Assembly (NCBI RefSeq): GCF_009914755.1
Contig: NC_060931.1
Reading direction: 5' to 3' (one strand)
Origin: the human T2T-CHM13v2.0 reference genome, Homo sapiens
DNA length: 64,000 nucleotides
Shown: in pieces, positions 24,390 through 36,949 of the stretch
Layout of the letters: each line of letters opens with the position of its first letter
Numbering within the stretch: the first letter of the stretch is position 1
The notes under the pieces: model-generated
Databases searched by the model: none
Seen by the model: the letters and a program-made list of their open reading frames with translations, nothing else
Told to the model about the DNA's origin: nothing
Translations under genes and position numbers: made by a program

Positions 24390-25250
24390 AAAAAGTGAAA
24401 TTAATATGCATTTGTAAAAAATCAAACGATACAAACATGAGCTGTTCCTCCACTCTGACCCCAGTCTCACTCTTCAGAAGGAACCTATGTTAATGATCAT
24501 AAATATCCTTCTAGACTTTTTCTAAGCATAAACAAACACATGCACATACATGCTTGTTGGTTTCTATTTATCACAAAAATGAAATTATACTGTACACTTA
24601 CAACTTGTTTTCCATTTACTTAAAGCTACATGCTGGATAACATTCCATGTCAGTACACATAGTTTAACCTCATTCCTTTTAATTGCTACTTAGTATTATA
24701 TGATTTGTGCAGTAATTTATTCAGTCATCTCCCTTTTTGTAAATCACAATTCAGATTATTTCCAATTTTGCTATTAGAAACAAGGCTCAAATGAACATTC
24801 TTATCTGAGAGCTGGTGTAAATATTTCTATAGGGTAGATTTCTAGAGTTGAATTACTGGGTACATGACATACAAATTTAAAATTTTGAGACATATCACTC
24901 AAATCTCTTCCTAAAACATTATCTTGATTGTTTGTTTCTACTATCATATATGAAATTCTGTTCTTGCCACATTTTTATCATCTGGACATTATCAATCTTG
25001 AAAACTGTTTTCAGAACAGGTGACCCATGGCATGTTACTGTTTTAAAGTTACATCTATTTTACTAGTAATGAGGTGAACCTTTTTTCTTTTGTGAGTTGT
25101 TGGTTTATATCTTTCCTTCACATTTCTTTTTACCTTTTCTTATAGTAATCCAAAAGCATCTTACACATTTATATTTATCAGTTAAGCATGCAAGTCTTTT
25201 TTCGTAATACGTCAGTTGAAGAATAATTTCACTTGTTACGGTTTTCTGAG
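24390..25250 (-). mobile_element. L1ME (3/4-type) 3' region
   Basis: ttccatgtcagtacacatag...tttccaattttgctatta...atgaacattctt...gaattactggg. Confidence 0.75.
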
Positions 25251-26309
25251 TCCATTGTCTCATGAGTATGTTACTAAGTAGTAAAATAACAAAACTGAGC
25301 AGCAGGGCTAAGAAGGAGGAGAAATACACAATATAGATAACCCATATGTTGCACAACAAATTTTAAATAGACACAAGTTGATTGTGTCTATTTAACACCA
25401 ATTAGCTGGTCAGCTTAACTAATTTAGTAAAATATGAGATAATAATCACAAGGTATAATTTTTTACTTAACTGGAATGAGAACTCTTTAGGTTAGGGGCA
25501 GTCCCTTCTCCTTTTTGTATTATTAGTGACTAGCAAAGTAGTTGTGAAATTTGTTGAATAAAAAGAAAACCAGGCAAATCAATGGACTTTTGTTAAAAAA
25601 ATAGCAACTCGTTCTTTTAATTATTTTTGAACATCAGTGGCTGATATCATACTCATGCAACAAATATGGTATTTTAGGCCTATAGTAATTCTTAGGTAGA
25701 TGCATTTTTGCTGTTTTTGCCAGTTTTAATGAAGATATTTGTGACATAACTTTGTAAATTATCTAAGTATAACTGACTACTTTTTTACCAGCATCTCACA
25801 TTAATATTTAGAATTGTCATTTAAAAATCATTATATTTTAAGTGCAAACATTCACATGGAATTTGAGGTAACTTCTTACCAAATGGACAGAGCTCTCTTA
25901 TTGACCTATTTTCTTCCTCTTGAGAAATCCTTGAGAAATGATCATTCAATTGCCTAAGGAATGTCGTGAAGGCATTACCACACTAGAGAAAGCCCCATTT
26001 TCCTTAAAAAGTGGGCAGTTTTGTTATTCCAGGGTTCACTTTCAGTTCCTTTCACCTCATGACTCACGACATGTCCTCAAGTCCTCAAAGGATGTTAGTG
26101 ACTATCCTTGAACCTCAAATTTATAGACTGGCTTCTCTTTTTAATTTTTTTAGAAAGGGCACTAGAAAAAGCCTATAGTAAGCTAGTTTAATTGTTGAAA
26201 ATTTGGAAAAATTGTTGGATTCACATTAACCGCTTCAAAAGTAAAGTCAGCTAGACACAACTATGCTATTATCCCCGTGATATTGAGCTTAGCTCATAAA
26301 TGCCTGAAA

Positions 26310-26440
26310 GTGAATTAATTTATTCTGTTCCTTTGAAAACATCTACTGAGCATCTACTATATGCCAGGTGGTGGGCTAGATCCTAGAGATTAAAGATAAT
26401 TAAGGCTTAACCCTGCTATCCAGGGTCTCCCAGTCTAAAG
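26310..26440 (-). mobile_element. L2 3' end
   Basis: catctactgagcatctactatatgccagg. Confidence 0.65.
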
Positions 26441-27679
26441 TAATCATTGCTTTACATTTTTCATTAATGGCAAACAACATTTTCAAGCCAATTGCAAGAA
26501 TAAACACAGATTCAGCTTAGGACATCGCCAGTTTTTGCACGTTCACTGCAACAGGACAGTGCTGTATGGAAAGAACAAAAATCTGAAATTAGATTGAATT
26601 TTAGAAATCTGAAATTAGATTGGAGCAGGTGCTGGGAAGAAATCCAGCATAGGAGGCTGAATTGATATCTAGAATCTCTGTCAATACGTAGGCAAACAGT
26701 CCTCTCTGGAGGCTTCAAAACAGTAATTAGTGAGAATATGCAATAAGAGAGAATTCAGCATCAATAATCTCAGATGTCAAGGCAGGCAGGCAGTTGGTAT
26801 CTAAGGAGTTTGCCAGTAAATCTTCAAGTATGCAAGGCATGGCTTCAGAGCTGGATTTTGGGGGAAACTTAAATGCGGGTATGGTGGAAAGGGGAAAGAA
26901 TGGAAAGTGTGTAGCAGGTTTCTAGTTCTAAGAATATTATTAAAGTAGCTATTTAGTCATAGAACAAGGCAGAAATCTGGTTAAGCAAACTGGAGCATAC
27001 AGACCTCTAGGGGGAGCCCAAGGCTCTTTTCTATTCTTGCACCCTCCACATCCCCCTGCACTCCCCACTCCCATACCCAGGTACAGGTTTCACCGTAAGA
27101 AGGAATGTTGTCAGGGATAGATACAATTCGAAGGCCCTCTTTCCATCATAGTGCAAGAAGGTAGAACTTTCAAAAAAAATTTTTTTTTTAAAAGAACACA
27201 GATGGGCATGAATTACCTTGTTTCTTCCTTCCAGAATGATAAGACGTGGGCTCCTTTAAAGTAGCTATAGCCATTTTTTCTCTCTTCAGAGGCTTTTATC
27301 CTTCCATGGTCCTGGACCTAACCCTATTCTAGTTCCCCTCTTCCACCGCTGCCCCAATCAGCCATGGGAGGCACAGGGGGAATGTCTCTGCCCTGCTCCT
27401 TTTCATCTCCATTTGAGGTGTGTGGCCTCTGAGCACCTTAGGAGCTTCATCTCATAAGATGCTTTACTCTCTTTTCCTAAAGGACATAGCCTGGAGAGAA
27501 TTCTGGCCAATGATGATATTCAGGTGTTTCTGAGTCCTTAATTCTATGTCATCATATTTCCACTCTTTAAAAGCATCCCTGCAATTTCTAACAGAACACA
27601 AGATGAGAATTGGGCCTTGGAAACAAGCAGAAGCTCAGTTACTAAGGCTGGTAAAAAAAGGCCAGGATCAGAGAGTGGC

Positions 27680-27727
27680 TTGATGCTTTATATACATTAT
27701 CACTAATCATCACAATTCTGTAAGAGG

Positions 27728-27759
<32 letters not shown>

Positions 27760-28185
27760 ACAGGGTCTCACTCTGTTGCCCAGTTTAGAGTGCAGTGGTG
27801 TAATCAAGGCTTATTGCAGCCATGACCTCCCAGGGTCCAGTAATCCTCCCACCTCAGCCTCCTGAGCAGATGAGACCAAAGGTATGTTCCAACATGCCCA
27901 GTTAATTTTTTAAATCTTTGTAGAGATGGGGGTCTTACTGTGTTGCCCAGGCTGGTCTTGAACTCCTGAGCTCCAGCACCTTGGCCTGTCTTGGCGTCCC
28001 AAAGTGTTACGATTACAGGCATGAGCCACTGTGCCTGGCCAAGAGGAATGTTTTTACCTTACTTTACAGATGACAAAAGTAGGTTCACCTTACGGAACCT
28101 ACGAAAGGTGCATGAAATTATGAATGGTAAAACAAGAATTTAGGCTTTAGTTTGATAATAAAGCCCATCCTCATTCTACCATTCC
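27680..28185 (-). mobile_element. MIR, interrupted by AluJ
   Basis: gctttatatacattatc...cacaattctgtaag, then tttacagatga. Confidence 0.6.
27732..28040 (-). mobile_element. AluJ whose tail has become (TG)14
   Basis: acagggtctcactctg, tcctcccacctcagcc, gtgttgcccagg J-type features; TSD aagagga. Confidence 0.9.
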
Positions 28186-28944
28186 AGTGGACCTACTTTT
28201 GTCAAGATCACCAACAGCTTCTATGTTGCCAAATCTAATGGACCTGACTCTATCCGCATTTTGTTGGACTTGTCAGAAGCATTGAACAATTTATCACTTC
28301 CTTAAAATACTCTCTGCTATTAGCTTTTCTGACATCACACTCTTCCGCTTTTTCTCCTGTTTGCAGAGCTTTCCTTCTATCTTTGCAGTTTCTTCTTTTT
28401 TATCTGACTTCTAAATAAAAAATGCTTCAGGGCTAGGTTTTCTTTTCTAAACACTCTCCATAGGTGATCTCATCTAGTTAGATGGTTTAAATAGTATCTG
28501 ATTACTTAGTATCTCTTCAGCCTAATATTTTCCCTAGCTTATGCTACTCCAGCCACCCTAGCTACCTCGCTGATATTTAAACATGCTAAGCATGCCTCTG
28601 CCACAGGGCCTTTGAATTTACTGTTCTTTCTGTTTGTGACACTTTCACTCATCAGATATGTGCACAGCTTGCATGTTCACTTCTTTCATCTTTGTGCTCA
28701 AATATCACCTCCTCAGAGGGACCATCCCTGGCTACGCTGTATTACACAGCACTCACTCCAACTCCAGGCACTCCTACTTTCCTTACACTGTGTTTGTTTT
28801 CATCAAAACCTTTATTACCATCCGATGCATTGTGAGCACATAGCAGGTGCTCGATAAATATATTTTGGATTAAAAAGTTTATTAATTAAGAACTCACAAA
28901 TATCTATTTACAACTGAGGCTGCTCTCCTGGGCCACAAGTCCTA

Positions 28945-29215
28945 GAAGCCATGGGGTGTAGAAGTTAAGATGATGGGCTCAAGGGCCTGACTGAGTGGAC
29001 TTGGTTCCCAGCTCTACCATTTACTACTTGTTTGGTCCAGTTACTTACTCTCTTTGTGCCTAAATTTCCCCTGTAATACAATAGAAATACTAGTAATTGT
29101 ACTTAATAATACTAAAAGTACTTATTTCATAAGCTGTTTTGAGGGTAAATGACTTAATACATGCCAAGAACTTCAGACAGTATCTCATATATAGTAAAAG
29201 TGCCCAATAATTCTT
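28945..29215 (+). mobile_element. MIR
   Basis: tcccagctctaccatttacta...gttacttactctctttgtgcct. Confidence 0.7.
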
Positions 29216-29217
29216 AG

Positions 29218-29284
29218 TTCTTCTTCCTCCTCTTCTTCTCCTCGTCCTTCTTCTCCTTCTCCTTCTCCTTCTTCTCCTTCTTCT
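29218..29284. repeat. (TTC/TCC)n polypyrimidine repeat
   Basis: Directly visible. Confidence 0.9.
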
Positions 29285-30127
29285 ATTTCCTAGTTACCTA
29301 CTTGATCTACTGGGTTGTCAAACAGGCATCTCAAGCTTAGTGTGTCCAAAGCAGAACCTTGATTGTTTTCCCAGACTTGTCTTCCCTCCAGAAATCACCA
29401 TCTCAGTAAATGGCACCACATGTTGCTCACAAAATAAAGAGGGATCATCTTCAGTTTCTCTCTTTTCTGTATCTACCTCATCCAATCCACAAGCAAGTTT
29501 GTGAAGATTCTACTTGCAAAATATATCCATAGCTCTGCAATTCCACTGCTGTTACTCTAATCTAAGACACCATGATCTCTTTCTTTCACTATACTAATAC
29601 CTTTAAACTTGTTCATTTTCTCCTCTTGCTCCCTTCAAATTCATTATCATACTAAAGCCACAGCAATTTTTAAAGAAGACTCCCCTAATCATAGCCTTCA
29701 GTGACTTTTCCTTGAATGTAGAATAAAATCCAAACTCCTTACTATGACCTACAAGGGCCTGCACAATCTCAAAACTACCTCCCTTTCCAGTCTCATCTTG
29801 TTCCACTTGCATTTTTGTCTGCGATACGTCAGCCACACTGGCTCACACTGGCTACCTTTTTTCTTCAATGAAACTGTTTTCTACACTTTACTATTTCAGA
29901 GCTTTTGCAGGAATTATTCCTTCTACCTGGAATGCTATTCCCTGAGCTCTTGGAATAGTTGGTTTCTTTCCATTCTCCATGTCTGAGCTCAAAGGTCACA
30001 TGTGCGGAGAGGCTTCCTATAACACCCTTGCTAAAATTTGGAGATGATATGTGCAATAATTCTATGATATTTAAATTTGAATAGTTTGCTTTAATGAAAC
30101 AATTCTTTTTTGAGTTGTCTGATAAGA

Positions 30128-30538
30128 TTTATTTTTACTTATTTTTATTAATTTAAATATTTGTACATATTTATGGAATACATGTGATATTTTGTGACAT
30201 GCATAGACTGTGTAATGACAAATCAGGGGATCTGAGTGGTCCATCACCTTGAGCACTTATCATTTCTATAATCTGGGAACATTTCAAACCCCCTTTTTAA
30301 GGTATTTTGAAATATACAATACATTGTCATTAACTATAGTAAACCTACTCTGCTACTGAACATTAGAACTTACTCTTTCTAACTGTGTGTTTGTACATTC
30401 GTACCAATCTCTTTTTAGATTCCCTACTTCCCAGTCTCTGGTAACCATCATTCTACTCTCTACCTCCATGAGATCAACTTTTTTAACTCTCATATACCAG
30501 TGAGAACATGTGATATTTGTCTTCCTCTGCCTGGCTTA
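30128..30538 (-). mobile_element. L1MA (4/5-type) 3' end
   Basis: tgtacatatttatgg..tacatgtgatattttg..acatgcataga; ctctggtaaccatcattctactctctacctccatgagatcaac. Confidence 0.85.
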
Positions 30539-31159
30539 AGTGAAACAATCATTCTTATTAGTGACTTTCAACCTTTATTTGTTTGCTCTGGACAACTTTT
30601 AAATTAATAAACTGTTGAATTGAACCCCATTATGTAAAGATGCTAAAGTCAGGACATCTTTGCTTGTTGTAGAACAGGGTGAGGAGTAATGAACCAGATT
30701 CTGATCTTCTCATCCTTTTAGTAGTTCCCTAGAGTGATACTGACTTCAGAGCCCAATTAGTGAACCAACAGTTTGCATAATCTATACATAGATTAAGTGA
30801 ATTTTGAATTAGAAAGATGGACATGGCTACATCCACATAAAACCAAAATATCTGGTCAATTTCATAAAGTATCTAGGTAAACATTCTTATTGCATTTTCT
30901 TGTGATTTTATTCTCACACATTTATTCCTACAACTACATTTTTTCCCCTTGAAATCAGTAAATGGATATCTTGGGGTTCCTAGCATCTAGAATCCAGACT
31001 TGCACACATAAGAGACACAGTAATGCTTTTTGACTAAATTAAATGCATAGATAAAGGCATAGAAAGGTTAAAATTTGGCTTTATGATATTTTGTAGCCTT
31101 TAAAAAAGTTCTATGTCGTAACCTCATTTCACATTTTGTGACAGTGATCCCTCCAAGCA

Positions 31160-31400
31160 TGACATACTTATGGCATGCCTACTGAGTACCAGGTAATGCT
31201 GGGTGCTTTCCTGTGTCATGAATGTTTTCCATAATGCTCACACAAACCATTGAAGCTGCGTGTTGTCCACACTTTCACATATGAAGAACGTTAGTGTACT
31301 TCATATAGGTTAATTGATTAATGCCTTGTTAAATGGAAAGGAGAGGATTAAAAACATGATCTTTTTGACCTCAAAGTTCATTTTTTTCTTTTATTATATT
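31160..31400 (-). mobile_element. MIR
   Basis: tgcctactgagtaccagg...gtgcttt...ttttgacctcaaag. Confidence 0.55.
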
Positions 31401-32799
31401 ATGAAAAATACAAAGCCTAATTCCCTGATCAGTACAGAAGAATCCTGAAAGAATTATGTTAGCTTTGGAAGTCAATATTTTAAAGATGTAATTAATTAAA
31501 AAGGGTGCAGATAGTGTTAAAGGGTAAGCTGATGCTATTTGACTTCTTCAAAGATTGTATTAGAAGTTGATAATATGAATTATGTGTAATTAATAAAGTG
31601 ACATTAACTTTTATTTTACTGAAATTTGGGCTTTGTTAAAGCTTGAAAGAGAACCCTCCTTCAACACTTTCATTCCACAAATGTTGGCATTAAAAAGCGT
31701 CGGCATTCACTAGGAAGTCAGGAAGCCTAGGCCCTCTGAAATTGGATATTATCTATTTTTGTATTGCAAAAATAATTAGTAATATTTAATTATTTTATTT
31801 ATCACATTAATGATAGCACTGATGGGAGACTCTACTAAGCCATAACCAGAATGAGGTGTATTTTGGAAGATTTATAAAAACCAAATAACTACCTCTATTT
31901 TCTAGTATCATGCCCAGCATCCATTCACCTAGTTAGCAGTAAGTGTGAGGTGAGAAAAACAAATTTATATTTCTGTAAAGTAGTTGTCAAACAGACATTC
32001 AATCACTGGGAGAATGTTAAAATGATGGCAGTTCAAAAACAAGAATATAACGCAGAAAACTATTTTGATAAAAGACAACTTTATCAATTTAGGCAGAGGT
32101 AGATTATCACTAAACTTTTTCTATGTATGATTTAAAATCACACTAGGAATGTTGCATTAATATTTATTAAAATAATGCTGGAAACATAAAATAATCATAG
32201 AACATAGTAATTCAAAGAATTGAAGGACCCTAAAGAAAGAAATATGAATTAAATTCTGTTACTCTTTCAACAGGTATAGCTTAGTACTATCTATCTAGAT
32301 CTGTATCATCTGTATCTATAAAAAGGTTTACTATAATTTCTAAGGAAATTAAACTGTGGTCCACGTGGTCCCTGTCAATGTAGGAATTAACACCTATTTT
32401 TGGAGTCATGACACAATTATACCTGCTTGTTATGAACCCTAGAGGTAGATAGAAGTTTTAACCTTTTTTCTCTATTAATAAGTGAGAAAATAGAAGAAAT
32501 ATTTAATCAACTATAAATTAAACAGTCTATAATTTACAATGAAATTAACAATAAAATTAAGAGAGATAAAAGTTATAAAGAAAAAACATAAAGAGAAAAA
32601 AATGTTGATTCTAAGAGGAGGCTTAGTGAACCCACAGTGAGGCTGAATTGCGGGAGGGAGCAAGGCAAGGGGGCATTGAGTGCAGTTTTCATTTTATTTT
32701 ATATATTATGAGTGCATTTATTTTACAGCCCCTAATATTTTTAATGTGCTTTGTAATGCACAAAACATATTTATATAGAAGAGAATATGTTTAATTATT

Positions 32800-33098
32800 A
32801 ATTGATTCATTCAACAAATATTAAAGGACTACTTTGGGCTAGATATAGTCCTCCATACTGATGGTACAGTGGAGAACAAGATAGGAAAAATCTCTGCCCT
32901 CATGGAGCTTGCAGTCTAGTTGGCATACCAGTCAATAAATAAATATATTGCATAAGGATAAACAGTAACATGTGCTGTAAAAAAGAAAGCAAGAGACAGA
33001 AAATGTTGGTAAAGGGGCTTATTTATATTGGCTGAATGGGGAAAGCCTCTTTGAGGAGGTCATAGCGGAACCGAGACCTAAAGAGTAACCCAGGGAGC
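32800..33098 (-). mobile_element. L2a 3' end
   Basis: attcattcaacaaatatt...ctgccctcatggagcttgcagtctagt...gcctctttgaggaggt. Confidence 0.8.
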
Positions 33099-33104
33099 TT
33101 AACT

Positions 33105-33710
33105 TTTTAAAAAAATTATACTTTAAATTCCGGGGTACATGTGCAGAACATGCAGGTTTGTTACATAGGTATACATGTGCCAGGATGGTTTGCTGCACCC
33201 ATTAACCTGTGATCTACATTAGGTATTTCTCCCAGTGCTAACCCTCCTTAGCCCCCCAACCCCTGACAGGCCCTGGTGTGTGATGTTCCCCTCCTTATGT
33301 CTATGTATTCTCTTTGTTCAGCTCCCACTTATGAGTGAGAACATGAGGTGTTTGGTTTTCTGTTCTTGTGTTAGCTTGCTGAGTATGATGGTTTCCAGCT
33401 TCATCCATGTCCCTGCAAAGGACATGAACTCATCCTTTTTTATGGCTGCATAGTATTCCAGGGTATATATGTGCCACATTTTTTTTTTTATCCAGTCTAT
33501 CATTGATGGGCATTTGGGTTGGTTCCAAGTCTTTGCTATTGTGAACAGTGCCACAATAAACATACGTGTGCATGTGTCTTTATAGTAGAATGATTTATAT
33601 TCCTTTGGGTATATACCCAGTAATGGGATTGCTGGGTCAAATGATATTTCTAGTTCTAGATACTTGAGGAATCACCTCACTGTCTTCCACAATGGTTTAA
33701 CTACACTCCC
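33105..33710 (-). mobile_element. L1PA7-like 5'-truncated L1
   Basis: L1PA 3'UTR ggtacatgtgcagaacatgcaggtttg; ORF 33318-33563(-) reads as the ORF2p C-terminus (ALFTIAKTWNQPKCPS). Confidence 0.9.
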
Positions 33711-34208
33711 GAGTAACTTGTTATGATGTCTTTAGATCAAAAGAAATACCTAGCAGTTCAAAACTTCTCAAACCTGGGCTCAGATTGTACATCACCACCC
33801 TCATTACTTCAACCTTATTGATTTTGTGCAATGCTTGGTCTTTAACAAAACAACTACTGAAAAAACAGCTTCTCAAAGGTATATCATCATTGAAAGGAAT
33901 GTTTTGGCATCTCATGTGGAAATTGTGAATGACCTTGAGCTAACAGTTTTTGCAATGTCCTACAGATGTTGAGTATTGCTATATTTCCTTCAAAAATCTA
34001 AAATATACTGCACACCCTAGTGAGTTTATTATAGCATCGTTTCACACAGTTTTGGAAACAGCATCCTTTCACACAGTTTTGGAAAACCCATCTCTAAGTG
34101 TAATTTTATTTTCTTTGCTACTGACTGGTTTAGGGGTAGACGTGTGGTCTAATTTTGGCAATTATGGCAGGAAGAATGTTTTAAATGTAGATTTTGTTAT
34201 TATTTAGG

Positions 34209-34712
34209 TATGGTGAGATAAGCAGGTTAGGAGACAACTGTCATCGAAAAGACAGTTCGTTATACTCACAGATCCCAAGAGAAGGGGCATGCCACCGCAT
34301 GGAGGCTACATGAGGAAGGACTGATGTTGGTCAAGAGGCAGAAGGAGCTCTTGCCCAAAGGTGGGCAAGATCCTATATTGTGCGTTCTATGGGACATACC
34401 AGGTAAGGCAAGGTAAGCAGGTTAAGGATTGGCTAGTTTTGATAACTTCAACAGGCTGTGGGGCTTAGGGACTGACTGTCCTTAGTTGTTTGATACCTGG
34501 CCCTTGGGATGACTAGGGCAGGTAGATAGTGGTCTGGAGTATAAGAGCTTGATAAGAGAAGTGGTTATGGGTAGGGACTGTGGATTGGTTGGTTTGCATG
34601 TCAAAGGCATGCTTGCAGGAGAGCCCTTTATGATCTCTAGGAATTGCAACCTTGAGAAGAGCAGTCTCTTCAGAATTAGCAAGGTCCTAAAATGTCAAAG
34701 AATCAGAAACAC
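34209..34712 (-). mobile_element. MER76/MER77-type ERVL solo LTR
   Basis: ggtaagcaggttaaggattggctagtt...gatacctggcccttggg...ggattggttggtttgcat...aatgtcaaag. Confidence 0.65.
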
Positions 34713-34734
34713 ATAGTTCATACAAGAACGGCAC

Positions 34735-35050
34735 ATCTGAGTTTCTGGAACAGCTGTGGAATTGTTGCCCTGTCTCTCCCTTTGGAGATGGGAGACTTGG
34801 AACTGATGCCACAATCTTGCTACCACCCAGGGGATGAAGATGAGAGAGGGAGGTGGGTGGACACAAGAGAACTGAAGGACAACAGAGTAGAGTCATTGTA
34901 TTAGGTTGACCCTGAACCTTATTAATCTTGGGCTTTCAGTTACGTGATCCGATACATTGTCTTATTGTTTAAATTGGTTTATTGTTGCTGTTTATTGTTG
35001 TTGTGTTTTTAGATTTCTGATTACTTTCAGCTGTGCCTTTCTAACATTTA
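34735..35050 (+). mobile_element. Old MLT1 (K/L-type) LTR fragment
   Basis: atcttgctaccaccc; ggctttcagttacgtgatccgatacattgtctt. Confidence 0.5.
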
Positions 35051-35581
35051 CAAAACTACAGTGTGAAAACCCACAGGATCTATTGGGGAGGGATTAATTT
35101 TCTAAAGGAAAGGAAAGATTTTTCAAGTCTGCTTTTGATGATATTAAGATTTATTACTGAGGCTTGCTGAATGTTTGCCCTCTTAGAATAAATGAAGAAT
35201 ACAAGGCTTTTAGGTGCATTTGCATTCAATAGATGACTTAGTTTGCTGACTTAGTTTGCTGACTTAACTGTAATACATTATTTTTTTTGCAAAAATCATT
35301 CTGAGATATCTTATCACTGCTGGATAGGAGAAAGTCATGTAGCATTTCTATAATAATCTCCCATTTTACTAGGGTAATCACAATTCATATGGAGATTTTA
35401 AAAATAGCTTACAGGTTTTTAGGAAAACATTATTTTCTTGTGCAGAGATAACTACTGGAGAAATTCTGAATCAAATCCATTTGTTCTGTTTATACTATGT
35501 ATATGGGGGAAAATAGTACCCCCTTAAGATGCAACAATTATACAAATAACCCTATTAACACACATAAGTAGCACACTAAAA

Positions 35582-35601
35582 GTGTGTGTGTGTGTGTGTG
35601 T
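35582..35601. repeat. (GT)n
   Basis: Directly visible. Confidence 0.9.
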
Positions 35602-36000
35602 CTACGTGTGTGAATGTGTAATTGTATAAATATGTAAAAACCTTATATTTAATACAGGCTACTTATGTCAAATTGGATAATGGTTTAATAAATATGAGAG
35701 TTTTGATTTCTTAACAACTAATTTATAAAAGTTTTATTAAATTAATACATACACATGGTTTTTTAAAATAAATTAAATAATACAAAAAGTAATTATAATA
35801 AAAAACAGTGATAGCCCATCCAAATTTTGTCTCCAGGATCAACAGGTTTGAATTCTTTCTTCCTGTGATTTCCATGTTTTTCTATACAGCATGTTTTAAG
35901 TGCTGTTTGTTTACTGATTGGTTCTGTTTGCCATATATTGAGTATTTTTTATGATTTGTATGTTAATTTCATTGTATTTTCAACCCCTTCTCCGATCCTC

Positions 36001-36255
36001 TTTTAAAATTTTTTTATTTTAAAAATTGTCAAATAAAAATTATGTATATTTATGGGTGTACAACATGATGTTTTGACATTTGTATACACTGTGGAATGCC
36101 TAAATCAAGCTAATGAACATATATATGCATTACATCACATACTTATCATTTTCTGGTGGAATAAGTTCAAGAGATCTATATTACAATATGGTGCCGAGAA
36201 CTAATAACAATGTATTATGTATGTGAAAATTGCCAAGATTATATTTTGTGTTCTC
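36001..36255 (-). mobile_element. L1MA (7-9 type) 3' end with inverted 5' segment
   Basis: 36001-36152 is the antisense 3' terminus; 36153-36255 is the upstream 3'UTR segment in sense orientation. Confidence 0.8.
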
Positions 36256-36949
36256 TTCCTGTGCTCTTAATATAGTTCTAGCACTATTTTTATTTAAGAG
36301 ATAATCTGTGTTGATATCATTATGACAAAGTAAGTACTGTTTATTGAGTTCAGAAGTGTAGTATAGTTGCAATAAATAATTGCCTTGTGTTTATTTGCCT
36401 AAATTATTTTACATGGATGCCCCTTCACCATGTATTTCACCATGGCATCTATCATACCATGTATTTATCAAGTCTATATTTTTTCAGCAAACTTACCTTT
36501 GGAGAGCTTGTTCCTCCTGCTTAAAATAGGACTTGTTACTTTCTGGGTACCAAGCTGCTGTCAAGCTGTGGGGTTTCTTTACCCTTCTCTTGGTTCTGGT
36601 CATCATTTTCTGAGTCCCATGCCTTCTACTTTCTATTTTGTTCCCTTGTTTTGCTAGAGCATGTTCTCCAGTTGCTCTGCAGGAAAGGCTGCAAGGTAAT
36701 TCTGACATATTAAAGATCCTTTATTCTGCTTTCAGGTTGGGTTTAGGATATTAGTTTGAAAAAAATAAATCCTCCAGAATTTCAAAGGCATTTCTCCGTT
36801 TTCTCAGTTTCCAGTGTTGTAGAGAAATCTAATGCCATTCTTAGTCTCTGACATTTTTTCTTTTCTCACGTCTTATTTGTCCTTGAATTTCCCATTGATT
36901 TTCATTAATAATAATTATTATTATTTTATCCAGCTCTCCTCTTAATCTC

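Larger units (their letters stand above)
28190..30035 (+). mobile_element. L2a, with nested L2 3' end, MIR and a pyrimidine repeat
   Basis: gtcaagatcaccaac...ttgccaaatctaatgg; caggcatctcaagcttagtgtgtccaaa; tctcagtaaatggcacca; aatccaaactccttactatgacctacaaggg. Confidence 0.8.

Noticed and set aside
26579-26622. CRISPR-like repeat-spacer-repeat
   Set aside because: Only two repeats, an 8-bp spacer, primate DNA and no cas genes.
31293-31307. 15-mer agtgtacttcatata shared with the 10.7-kb hairpin arm
   Set aside because: A few 15-mer matches are expected by chance among all position pairs in 64 kb of AT-rich DNA, and the match does not extend.
33318-33563. ORF2p-like peptides here and at 43395-43604
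   Set aside because: These are real L1 ORF2 remnants in ~600-bp 5'-truncated copies with no promoter.
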